Notes: generated by a model from the sequence alone, not told the origin. Positions 8,378 to 16,077 are shown, counted from the stretch's first letter. The stretch: DNA of 40,416 bases from a virus (IMGVR_UViG_3300032335_000151:1-40416); one strand, 5' to 3'. Numbers and translations: made by a program.

Positions 8378-9114
8378 AGACTATAGTCTGCATCTCAGAT
8401 TTACAGGTTCCTTATCATGATGTTGAAGCCGTCAAGGCTATTGCAAAGTTCATTAAAGCCTATCAACCTGATACTGTCGTATCTTGTGGTGATGAAATGG
8501 ATATGCAGACTATTTCTAAATGGAGTAAGGGCACAGAGTTAGAGTTTGAACGCTCTATTGGTCGCGACAGAGACACTACTCGTCAGGTACTCTATGACTT
8601 AACTGTTGAACATATGGTGCGTAGCAATCATACAGATAGATTATTTAATACAGTTGCTATGCGTGCACCTGGGTTACTTGGATTACCTGAGTTGCAACTA
8701 GAAAACTTTCTTGGTCTCGATGAACTTGAGATTAAATATCATAAAGACCCTTATGAACTAGCACCTGGGTGGTTACTCATGCATGGTGATGAAGGTAACG
8801 TACAACCTACGGCTGGAGCCACTGCGTTGGGCTTAGCGAAACGCTCAGGTATGTCCGTAGTATGTGGTCACACTCACCGCATGGGTTTAACGCACCACAC
8901 TCAAGCCTATCGTGGTGGCAAACCTAGAACTATTTGGGGCATGGAACTTGGTAATCTTATGGATTATCGTAATGCTAAGTATATCAAGGCTGGACTATTC
9001 ACATGGCAACAAGGCTTTGGTATCTTACACGTAGATGGTAACACAGTTGTACCTCAACTAGTACCTATTGTTAATAGAGCATTCACTGTTGACGGCAAGA
9101 CTTGGAAGTGCTAA
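8362..9114 (+). CDS. Calcineurin-like metallophosphoesterase
   Basis: SDLQ, GDEMD, SNH, HGD and GHTH motifs; likely start 8374. Confidence 0.9.
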   Translation: MAKRMKTIVCISDLQVPYHDVEAVKAIAKFIKAYQPDTVVSCGDEMDMQTISKWSKGTELEFERSIGRDRDTTRQVLYDLTVEHMVRSNHTDRLFNTVAMRAPGLLGLPELQLENFLGLDELEIKYHKDPYELAPGWLLMHGDEGNVQPTAGATALGLAKRSGMSVVCGHTHRMGLTHHTQAYRGGKPRTIWGMELGNLMDYRNAKYIKAGLFTWQQGFGILHVDGNTVVPQLVPIVNRAFTVDGKTWKC

Positions 9115-9118
9115 TCAA

Positions 9119-9832
9119 ATGGACTGGAAACAGATTGAACCTTGGGAATATATTATAGTTGCGGTAGCAACTGAATACCACAAGAAGTTTAATGTTGTAG
9201 AGTATGACGATATCAAGCAGTCATTGTACCAGTGGTTTCCTGAGCATCCTAATAAACTTGCTGAATGGGAAGCGATTGGCCCGAAGGACGCTAAGAATTT
9301 AATCTATCGTAGCCTACGCAATCAAGCATTAGATTACTGCCAGCGTTGGAAGGCTAAGAGTCTAGGCTATGATGTTGCTGACTTGTATTACTACGAGACA
9401 GATGTTATCGAAGCCTTACTACCTTCTGTATTGCGTGATGAATGGGGCGTAACCCATAAGTTAAACTTAGGTAGACCAGGAAGACCTAGCGCACCTGCTG
9501 AAGGTGGGAATCTACAAGCCATGATGATAGAGATAGACTCCGCATATCATAAGTTAAGTGTAGACGAACGACGCTTATTGTTCTTACGATACGCAGAGTC
9601 CATGGACTATAGTGACCTTGCTAAGGAGTTAGATAGCGGCACACCTGATGCTACACGCATGCGTTGCAATAGAGCAGTACGCAAACTTGTAGTTAAGATG
9701 GGTGGCTATCGCCCATTCTTAGATGAAGATACTGAACAGGTGGTAAAGGAAGAACCTAGTGAATTGGAACAACCCGATGAGAGCAGCGACGAAAATAACT
9801 GGGATGCAGAGCATGAAGAAGAAAGCGAATAG
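9119..9832 (+). CDS. Phage sigma-70/ECF-like transcription factor
   Basis: Region-2-like YRSLRNQALDY and region-4 HTH LSVDERRLLFLRY...YSDLAKEL...RMRCNRA; ATG 9119 preferred to the track start at 9068. Confidence 0.7.
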   Translation: MDWKQIEPWEYIIVAVATEYHKKFNVVEYDDIKQSLYQWFPEHPNKLAEWEAIGPKDAKNLIYRSLRNQALDYCQRWKAKSLGYDVADLYYYETDVIEALLPSVLRDEWGVTHKLNLGRPGRPSAPAEGGNLQAMMIEIDSAYHKLSVDERRLLFLRYAESMDYSDLAKELDSGTPDATRMRCNRAVRKLVVKMGGYRPFLDEDTEQVVKEEPSELEQPDESSDENNWDAEHEEESE

Positions 9833-9839
9833 ATTAGAA

Positions 9840-10346
9840 TTAGAACTCGCGCTTTGGCGCATCGAAGTCTCCTTCGAATGCTAGTAGTTCTTCCATCATT
9901 GCTTCTAAGTCTTGCTCTGCTGGGTCACTATATGCTGACTCGGAATACTCCAGCATGGATTCATTGACCCATTGCTCCTCGCTACTAAAGTCAGGATACC
10001 ATTGAAGTATAGGCTTGCCCTTGTCGATAGCAAGGTATGCCCTAGTCTTATCAAGTGCAGGTTTGATAAAGGCAAGGTTGAACTCCCATATACCAACTGG
10101 AGTTGAACAGATATACACAGGCACTAAGCCCATATCGTTAGCGTTCTGTATGAGAAGTTCATACCCTGCCTTATCAAGCATTATGCTATCGTGATGTTCG
10201 ACCCGACAACGAACCTGGAAGTATAGACCATACTTCGCTGATGCATAATGACTATCTGTATCAGGACAGGGAGCAGCGTCCTCGTACAGATTTGCTTTGA
10301 CTAATGCGAATAACTCATCATTAGTTAATTCATATAGTATTGACAT
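9840..10346 (-). CDS. Hypothetical protein; possibly degenerate PD-(D/E)XK fold with acidic tail
   Basis: GGAGGG RBS before ATG 10346; FQVRCR where an ExK motif would be expected. Confidence 0.6.
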   Translation of the reverse strand: MSILYELTNDELFALVKANLYEDAAPCPDTDSHYASAKYGLYFQVRCRVEHHDSIMLDKAGYELLIQNANDMGLVPVYICSTPVGIWEFNLAFIKPALDKTRAYLAIDKGKPILQWYPDFSSEEQWVNESMLEYSESAYSDPAEQDLEAMMEELLAFEGDFDAPKREF

Positions 10347-10347
10347 G

Positions 10348-10521
10348 TTACCCTCCCGTTGAGTAGAATCCAGTACCCTTGAACTGGACTGCTGGTGCTG
10401 TATATATTCTTGTAAAGATGTGACCGCAGTCACAGTCTACCACAGTATCTCTATCGTTTACATTGCGTGATAGAACTAAGTGTGCGTTGCATTTATCGCA
10501 GCGGTATTCATACGTTGGCAT
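10348..10521 (-). CDS. FmdB-family zinc-ribbon protein (57 aa); not in ORF track
   Basis: MPTYEYRCDKC...CDCG...AVQFKGTGFYSTGG; AGGAG RBS. Confidence 0.85.
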   Translation of the reverse strand: MPTYEYRCDKCNAHLVLSRNVNDRDTVVDCDCGHIFTRIYTAPAVQFKGTGFYSTGG

Positions 10522-10697
10522 TATACTGCTCCTAAATCTTCATTGGTTGGGTGCACAACTGTTTGCCATGGGTCATCTGATTGCTCAGTAGGTTGTAGCA
10601 TGTTGTTTATTGCTTCATTGAAGCGTGCTGTCCATGCTGGTGTTGAATAGCCACGTTCTGTTTTATTGTGTGCTAGTTCGTGCAAGTAATCAGTCAT
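10521..10697 (-). CDS. 58-aa hypothetical protein (MTDYLHELAHNK...); not in ORF track
   Basis: GAGGAG RBS; TAATG coupling downstream. Confidence 0.6.
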   Translation of the reverse strand: MTDYLHELAHNKTERGYSTPAWTARFNEAINNMLQPTEQSDDPWQTVVHPTNEDLGAV

Positions 10698-10935
10698 GCT
10701 CGTACTCCTCTGCTATCTTGTATAGTTCTTCGTCAATTCGCTGTTGCTCTTCTGCTCTTTGCCAAAACTCTGTTGTAATTATATCATATGCTTCACGGCA
10801 TAGTCGCAATTCATATCCGTCAGGCTTAGGCACATGGCTTTTCTTTCCGTCCGTGTGTCGAAGTATGCCGCGCATGATAGCATACAACTGGTCATCATTA
10901 AGTTCTATCGGTTTATTTTTTCTTAGTCTAGGCAT
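10690..10935 (-). CDS. Hypothetical protein
   Basis: GAGGAGG RBS; coupled in operon. Confidence 0.7.
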   Translation of the reverse strand: MPRLRKNKPIELNDDQLYAIMRGILRHTDGKKSHVPKPDGYELRLCREAYDIITTEFWQRAEEQQRIDEELYKIAEEYEHD

Positions 10936-11156
10936 TACTCCTCCTCATCTATATCTATTGGTGTCGGTGCTGTTGCTAGTGTACCACACTCAGCACACTC
11001 CATGTCAAGGAAATACATATCTATCTCCCCATCGTCACCAAATATAGTCTTTAAGTTCCATATCTGTGAGCCACAAGGACACACAGTAGTAGCCCTGCCA
11101 CGAATATCCATAGCCTGCGTATAGTCAGGCTTCATTTCTGTTACATGTTTAGCCAT
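10935..11156 (-). CDS. Zinc-ribbon protein
   Basis: CPCG...CAECG; ATG 11156 is coupled to the upstream stop. Confidence 0.7.
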   Translation of the reverse strand: MAKHVTEMKPDYTQAMDIRGRATTVCPCGSQIWNLKTIFGDDGEIDMYFLDMECAECGTLATAPTPIDIDEEE

Positions 11157-11548
11157 TAGTACCACCCATTTGCCTTCCAGTAACTCCACGCATGACATGG
11201 CGTGCCATACCTGTAGTATATATAATCGAGTCCGCGTTCTATTTGATATGTCGGCGGCGTCTTGGGGTCAAGCCCTAACAGTTGTGGAATACCACCAGCA
11301 TGCTTCCCCATAACCCTAACACGATTGTACGCCTTAGGATTCCATGCTGATTCTTTACCCCACAATCTGTTAAGGCAAGACCATTGTTTATTCTGCCACA
11401 CGCTGAGTTTATCTCGAGCGTATGCCTTGCTATCGGCAGTAGTCCATACTGTGCGAACTGTATTTTTATTTTGTTGTTCAGTTGCCGTATGATTATCACC
11501 GAATAGGAATACACCCATTACGAGTAACAGAAATATCATTGCTCTCAT
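11156..11548 (-). CDS. Exported lytic transglycosylase (SLT-like, actinobacterial type)
   Basis: N-terminal signal/TM; KESAWNPKA, GIPQ, GLDYIYYRYGTPCHAW...GWY. Confidence 0.85.
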   Translation of the reverse strand: MRAMIFLLLVMGVFLFGDNHTATEQQNKNTVRTVWTTADSKAYARDKLSVWQNKQWSCLNRLWGKESAWNPKAYNRVRVMGKHAGGIPQLLGLDPKTPPTYQIERGLDYIYYRYGTPCHAWSYWKANGWY

Positions 11549-11892
11549 GTCAATTGTGCCTCTCTAACGCGTCGAGCGAAGTTAATCTTGCGTATCCTGT
11601 CATTATCTTTAATGTTGTTACGCTTCATAGCGATACGCTCTCCTGATAGAGTACCACCCCATATACCATTGTCGAAGTGTTGCTCGGTCATACCTACTGC
11701 TAAACAGGCTTGCTTAGCAGGGCAGTTAGAGCAAATTGCTAGTGCTTGTAAGGCGCGAGTAGTCATCTCCTGTTCTACATAACCAGGTCTGCGACCACTA
11801 CCCTCTGCTTCTATAGTATCTGAGAACCATAGGTCAGGGTCATCATGCCCTACACATAATCCTTCAGTAAGATTTGACATCAAAGAACTCAC
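11545..11892 (-). CDS. whiB: WhiB-family Fe-S transcription factor
   Basis: C...DPDLWF, AICSNCPAKQAC, GIWGG, and basic C-terminus. Confidence 0.92.
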   Translation of the reverse strand: MSSLMSNLTEGLCVGHDDPDLWFSDTIEAEGSGRRPGYVEQEMTTRALQALAICSNCPAKQACLAVGMTEQHFDNGIWGGTLSGERIAMKRNNIKDNDRIRKINFARRVREAQLT

Positions 11893-12067
11893 TCTCTCTC
11901 TTATAGATACTGCTCATAGCCTCTTGTAGACTATGATAGGCGTTCATTATAGCAGTATACTCTTCCCTTGTAAAGGGTGCGTAAGAACCTGAGTCATTAC
12001 GAACAGTAAGTATTACGCCAGCGGCGGTTCTTAATGTATAGAAATGCTTAATGAGTTCATTATCCAT
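11864..12067 (-). CDS. Hypothetical protein
   Basis: AGGAG RBS. Confidence 0.65.
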   Translation of the reverse strand: MDNELIKHFYTLRTAAGVILTVRNDSGSYAPFTREEYTAIMNAYHSLQEAMSSIYKRESEFFDVKSY

Positions 12068-12078
12068 AATCTTATCTC

Positions 12079-12225
12079 CTAATCCTCAAAGAAATCGTCC
12101 CACATTACATCAGGTTCACCGCTGTCGCAGTCATTATCTTTATCATGTCGGCAGTCGCAGTTATCACATACAGGTTCGATACCTAATGCGACATCATCTC
12201 CGTCTAACCACATTGGCTCACTCAT
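12079..12225 (-). CDS. 48-aa very acidic Cys-containing mini-protein; not in ORF track
   Basis: MSEPMWLDGDDVALGIEPVCDNCDCRHDKDNDCDSGEPDVMWDDFFED; AGGAG RBS. Confidence 0.75.
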   Translation of the reverse strand: MSEPMWLDGDDVALGIEPVCDNCDCRHDKDNDCDSGEPDVMWDDFFED

Positions 12226-12250
12226 TGTATCTCCTAACTATTATTAAGGT

Positions 12251-12278
12251 TGAGCAGTTTATACACATACTCAGGTGT
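12251..12278 (-). ncRNA. Compact H-type RNA pseudoknot (intergenic)
   Basis: ACAC-C-UGAGUA-U-GUGU-AUAAAC-UGCUCA: S1 4 bp, S2 6 bp. Confidence 0.45.
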
Positions 12279-12283
12279 TAAGA

Positions 12284-12553
12284 TTAGCACTCGAATACTG
12301 TGTCTACATACCCGTCGAGACGAGCATGAGTGGCAATAAGTCCTTTGCTACCTGTGATGTGCTTGTATGTGCCGTCTCCAAGTGAGACCCACATAGACTT
12401 AGGCTTAAAGCGGTTCTGAATTTCTTTAGCCTTTACGATAGTTCCACGCTTAGGATAGTCTGATGACACATCATAGGCGTTGAACGAGATTTCATCTGCG
12501 ATTACTCGCAGTTCCTCAGCAAGGCTGAGAATTGTATCTGCTGATACAGTCAT
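12284..12553 (-). CDS. Hypothetical protein
   Basis: GAGGT RBS. Confidence 0.7.
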   Translation of the reverse strand: MTVSADTILSLAEELRVIADEISFNAYDVSSDYPKRGTIVKAKEIQNRFKPKSMWVSLGDGTYKHITGSKGLIATHARLDGYVDTVFEC

Positions 12554-12608
12554 TGTATTACCTCTCTAGTTGGTGTTACTACCATAAGCGACTTGCTCAT
12601 GGTAATTC

Positions 12609-13457
12609 TTAGTAGTGGTCAGCGAAGTTATACTCGCCTTTGTATCTCCACATTGGTCTATTATAGCACAGGCAGTCCACCTTGACAACTTCGCAGTCAA
12701 AGCACATGTCGCATGCTATACAATAGTTCGCGTCTACTTCTAAGTCAGTCAGTTGCTCGCAGATAGGGCATACATCTACACCTAAGTCCTCACCCATGTA
12801 GTCTGCCATAGCCAACTGATAGGCTAGGTCGTCGTCGTGTGGTCGAGTGATGAACTCAGGGCGTGGGTCGGTATAGTATGTGATAGGTTTAGGTTTAGGC
12901 TTGTGACTTGCGTTACTCCACCAGATACCTTCGTCGTCCCATGAACCTAAGTTCTCGTTGATAAGATAGAACCCATGCTTAGCACTAGGGTCTAGTGTGA
13001 GTACGGCTATCTTGCTACCGCTTGCCCACTTAGATACCATAGACCATACTGTGTCGTCGTCTAACGCAGACACACCACCTATCTTGGGTAGCGTATCCTC
13101 TGCGAATACTCTAGTATCTGAGCGTCTATCTCCATGCTCAATAGTTACATCTAGCATACCATTGTGTGCTAGATAAGTCAAGTCGCTACCACCTACCTTA
13201 AAGGGGTGGCAATTCTGTTCGTTCTTTACTCCATGTGTGGCGTATCTTGCGTGCCACATAGCGTATCCATTAGGATACTGCGCTCTAAGTTCTAAGAACC
13301 TAGCAATAGACTTCTTAGCGGACATACTGCGTTCACTAATTATCTGTCCGTCTGCGACTATGGCAAAGCCAAAGCCATGCGGATTACTACACGCGCCAGC
13401 GTGTAAATCACTTGCTTTAGGTGTGGACTCGGGTTCACACACTACAAGTAAGCACAT
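12609..13457 (-). CDS. Class II (Ntn) glutamine amidotransferase-like protein with Cys-rich C-terminus
   Basis: N-terminal M-C nucleophile, NPHGFG, HARYATHG, NCHPF, HNG, SDT. Confidence 0.9.
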   Translation of the reverse strand: MCLLVVCEPESTPKASDLHAGACSNPHGFGFAIVADGQIISERSMSAKKSIARFLELRAQYPNGYAMWHARYATHGVKNEQNCHPFKVGGSDLTYLAHNGMLDVTIEHGDRRSDTRVFAEDTLPKIGGVSALDDDTVWSMVSKWASGSKIAVLTLDPSAKHGFYLINENLGSWDDEGIWWSNASHKPKPKPITYYTDPRPEFITRPHDDDLAYQLAMADYMGEDLGVDVCPICEQLTDLEVDANYCIACDMCFDCEVVKVDCLCYNRPMWRYKGEYNFADHY

Positions 13458-13468
13458 ACTATCACCCC

Positions 13469-14791
13469 CTATGCTTCTAGTGTTACAGGATAGTTCACAT
13501 TGACCGAACTAACCTTGTGGATACGATTATACAGGTCGGGATAGATACCATTGTTATCCGATACCCAGTCCACGAACCAGTCCCACGATAGTGCGCCTAA
13601 CTTTACATCATCTAAGCGCAGGTTGCGTGTGTATTCTACCATAGCATGAGCCATGTCTAGCGTTGCTAGGACTCCGCTACTGTTCATAGTACCACGAAAG
13701 AACCTAAGTTCTAGCGTGTCTATGTTCTGCGTATTGACCGCAGAATACCTCTCGGTGTTCTGTGTTCTCGGGTGCGCTACCTTATGCTTGAGTGAGAACA
13801 CAGGCTTGTCGTATTCGTCGAACGAGTAGCAGTCGTTAAACCTAGCGAAACTAGACTTACGACCTGCGAACTTCATCATCTGTTCTGAGTTCTTGTAGAC
13901 AAGTGTTAAGAACCTATGCGTATGTGCGCCACTACTGAACCCTGCCCTGCTTATGTGTATGTGAATACCGCAGTCGCTCTTAGCGTCCCACGCTCTAGCA
14001 CCATGTATTGTGCGGAGATTATCTATCACCGACCATAGTGCTTGAGAATTATGTCTGTATTCATGGTGTGTGTGCGGTTGAGTTACTATCTCAAAGCCGT
14101 CATCACCAACTCGTTGCCCGTTCTTATTGCCTATACTGCCGTCATGCTTGAGTATCGCTATACCTTTGAGTGCTTCACTTGCGTACCGCGAAGCGTCGTT
14201 AAGGTCGCGTCTAATCTCACACTCTAATTCTAGTCCGAGATACAGACCCTCTTTCGATACTCCCTTAAACTCTATCGGTTGCTTACAACCATACGAGTGA
14301 ACCGCACCGCGACACCCACACGCACTTCGTGGCGTTCTGCCTGTGTTGCCACAGTCGCACTCGGTGTCGTCAAAGTAGTGTTCCTCACAGTCGTCGCAAT
14401 ACCATGCGTTGCTCTCATAGCATGACTCGCACATGGCTTGGTCTTGGACATAGGTATAGTCGTATGAGTCCGAGTATGTCGTACTACATGACTCACAATA
14501 CCATGTGCGGTTCTCATAGCAACCCTCACACCATGTTTCACTACCATTTACTTCATGCGAATTGTCTGCGTGGTCGTAATCATCACATCTATCGCATGAG
14601 AACGAGCAACTATCGCATAGTGCTTGGCTGTCGCTTGTAAATCTTGTGTCGTCCGTATGAATTATCTCATTACAGGACTCGCAATAGTTAGAGCAACCTA
14701 TACACACATAGTCGCCTTCGTACTGTCGCAGTTCGTCTATGTCGTAGTCGTTCTCACACCATTTACAAGTGTTCTTAACTTCGTCGTCCAT
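13469..14791 (-). CDS. Putative amidoligase (COOH-NH2 ligase, glutamine-synthetase-like fold) with N-terminal tandem CxxC fingers
   Basis: GLELECE, KHDGSI, GFEIVT, CGIHIHIS, RYSAVN, TLELRFF. Confidence 0.88.
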   Translation of the reverse strand: MDDEVKNTCKWCENDYDIDELRQYEGDYVCIGCSNYCESCNEIIHTDDTRFTSDSQALCDSCSFSCDRCDDYDHADNSHEVNGSETWCEGCYENRTWYCESCSTTYSDSYDYTYVQDQAMCESCYESNAWYCDDCEEHYFDDTECDCGNTGRTPRSACGCRGAVHSYGCKQPIEFKGVSKEGLYLGLELECEIRRDLNDASRYASEALKGIAILKHDGSIGNKNGQRVGDDGFEIVTQPHTHHEYRHNSQALWSVIDNLRTIHGARAWDAKSDCGIHIHISRAGFSSGAHTHRFLTLVYKNSEQMMKFAGRKSSFARFNDCYSFDEYDKPVFSLKHKVAHPRTQNTERYSAVNTQNIDTLELRFFRGTMNSSGVLATLDMAHAMVEYTRNLRLDDVKLGALSWDWFVDWVSDNNGIYPDLYNRIHKVSSVNVNYPVTLEA

Positions 14792-14817
14792 TTATCTCAC
14801 CCCCTTAGATGAGTCTA

Positions 14818-14865
14818 AGTGTACCATAAGGCTTATGCCTTAGTCAAGTTGCGTTCGTTCGTGTC
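14818..14865 (-). promoter_or_regulatory. Leftward promoter P5 with upstream GACAC
   Basis: TTGACT, 18 nt, TACACT (TGG extended -10); GACAC 13 nt upstream of -35. Confidence 0.65.
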
Positions 14866-15021
14866 TATAATTGCGTTACCTATGTATGAGCGTAAGTCTT
14901 GGACTTCGCGCTCTAATGTCTTAAAGTCGTTGCGCTTGTGCTGTTGTTCTTGTAACCTTAACGCTTGACGGATAACTTCTACCTGTCTAGGCGTTAGGTC
15001 TAGTAGTAGGTTCTCGTTCAT
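14833..15021 (-). CDS. Hypothetical coiled-coil protein
   Basis: TAATG coupling. Confidence 0.65.
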   Translation of the reverse strand: MNENLLLDLTPRQVEVIRQALRLQEQQHKRNDFKTLEREVQDLRSYIGNAIIDTNERNLTKA

Positions 15022-15149
15022 TACCTACCTTGTAACTTGCGTAGTCTACGCTCTAAGACATAGACTCTACGCATAGCGATTATTAGAACTAGGTTCACAG
15101 AACCTAGTGCTAGGATAAGTGCGAATAGGTCGCTTGTCGAGAGCGTCAT
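15021..15149 (-). CDS. 42-aa single-TM protein with basic tail (MTLSTSDLFALILALG...RRLRKLQGR); not in ORF track
   Basis: GGAG RBS; overlaps both neighbours. Confidence 0.6.
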   Translation of the reverse strand: MTLSTSDLFALILALGSVNLVLIIAMRRVYVLERRLRKLQGR

Positions 15150-15268
15150 TTACACTTCTCCATGAGATAGTTGTTCACTATCTGCCAGTCCTGCTTGGTC
15201 ACAGGTTCTACCTTGTTAAACGCTAACTCGCGTATAGTCACTTTAACTATGTCGCTTACTAGTGCCAC
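15146..15268 (-). CDS. 40-aa hypothetical protein (MALVSDIVKV...); not in ORF track
   Basis: GTG start after AGGGG; ATGA overlap with the next gene. Confidence 0.5.
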   Translation of the reverse strand: MALVSDIVKVTIRELAFNKVEPVTKQDWQIVNNYLMEKCK

Positions 15269-15279
15269 TCGTTACCCCT

Positions 15280-15333
15280 ATTCTACCATGCGACTAGACG
15301 ACTTGTCTAGCGGTCACACCTTACGGCGTGTCG
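15280..15333 (-). promoter_or_regulatory. Leftward promoter P4 with CGACACGCCG
   Basis: TAGACA, 18 nt, TAGAAT (TGG extended); CGACACGCCG at 15324-15333. Confidence 0.55.
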
Positions 15334-15334
15334 T

Positions 15335-15382
15335 GCCTAGTGGGGACTCGCACCCCATGCTCACCGCACCCTATGGCTAGGC
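15335..15382 (-). ncRNA. Minimal tRNA-like element (acceptor stem plus T-arm, no anticodon arm)
   Basis: GCCUAG-CCAUAGGG-UGC(GGUGA)GCA-UGGGG(UGCGAGU)CCCCA-CUAGGC. Confidence 0.55.
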
Positions 15383-15392
15383 TATGTTGCTA

Positions 15393-15680
15393 CTATTTGT
15401 CGTGTATGTTAATGTTAATTGTACCATTAACCTTGTTGCTGGTCAAGTTACGCACTATTGCTAGTGCGGTGTCGTCGTCTAGGATAGGCAACACCCTTTC
15501 CACGCTAGGGCGATTACTTACGACGGCACTAGAGCGTGAGCGTCTAGCGCGCTTCATGGCTTTACCATGCGCGGTGTTCGTAAGTCGTGCGCCACTAGTG
15601 CCTAGCCTACGCGGTGACGCGTGGACTTGACGCGGTGGTGTGATGATGCTACCCATAGACCCGTAAGGGTTATAGGTCAC
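15393..15680 (-). CDS. First early protein, 95 aa, with Arg-rich motif
   Basis: GGAG RBS, GTG start; GKAMKRARRSRSSA. Confidence 0.7.
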   Translation of the reverse strand: MTYNPYGSMGSIITPPRQVHASPRRLGTSGARLTNTAHGKAMKRARRSRSSAVVSNRPSVERVLPILDDDTALAIVRNLTSNKVNGTININIHDK

Positions 15681-15747
15681 TTCATTACTCCGTTCTAATA
15701 GAATAGGCGACTTGCCTAATCTAGTGCGGTGTTAGGTCGTGAGCCTA

Positions 15748-15776
15748 ATGATACCATAGTATCACCGCTAAGTCAA
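15748..15776 (-). promoter_or_regulatory. Leftward promoter P1
   Basis: TTGACT, 17 nt, TATCAT with TGG extended -10. Confidence 0.75.
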
Positions 15777-15910
15777 GTAGGATAAGATAGGGCGTAATTA
15801 CCACGGGCGACCCGCTTCTGCTAGTAATCTAATCACGCTATGCTATCCACTATTGACTTGTATAAGTTAGGACGCTCTACCTTATCGGGTAGGTTTAACT
15901 TATTAAGAGA

Positions 15911-15968
15911 ACTATACCACGACTAGTTAGAGAAGTCAAGTCTACCGATACTATCGGCGTGTCGTGTC
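15911..15968 (-). promoter_or_regulatory. Leftward promoter P2 with tandem GACAC/CGACACGCCG
   Basis: TTGACT, 17 nt, TATAGT with TGG extension; CGACACGACACGCCG upstream. Confidence 0.8.
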
Positions 15969-16029
15969 GTTAAGTCTACGGGTCACGCTTGACTTATCGG
16001 TTCTAGTTCTCTATTGACTTGTGAAGCAC

Positions 16030-16077
16030 ACTATACCCTATCGCTACGCCTAGCGCAAGTCCTGTATCGGCGTGTCG
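16030..16077 (-). promoter_or_regulatory. Leftward promoter P3 with CGACACGCCG
   Basis: TTGCGC, 17 nt, TATAGT; GACAC 13 nt upstream of -35. Confidence 0.65.

Noticed and set aside
10419-10434. Second perfect CRP box TGTGACCGCAGTCACA
   Set aside because: It lies in the FmdB-like CDS and encodes its C-D-C-G-H motif, so it is probably coincidental.
12079-12225. Pup-like modifier for the amidoligase
   Set aside because: It is small and acidic but lacks the C-terminal GGE/GGQ and contains a Cys cluster.
15335-15382. A bona fide tRNA gene
   Set aside because: No anticodon arm, D-stem or CCA; reported only as a tRNA-like element.
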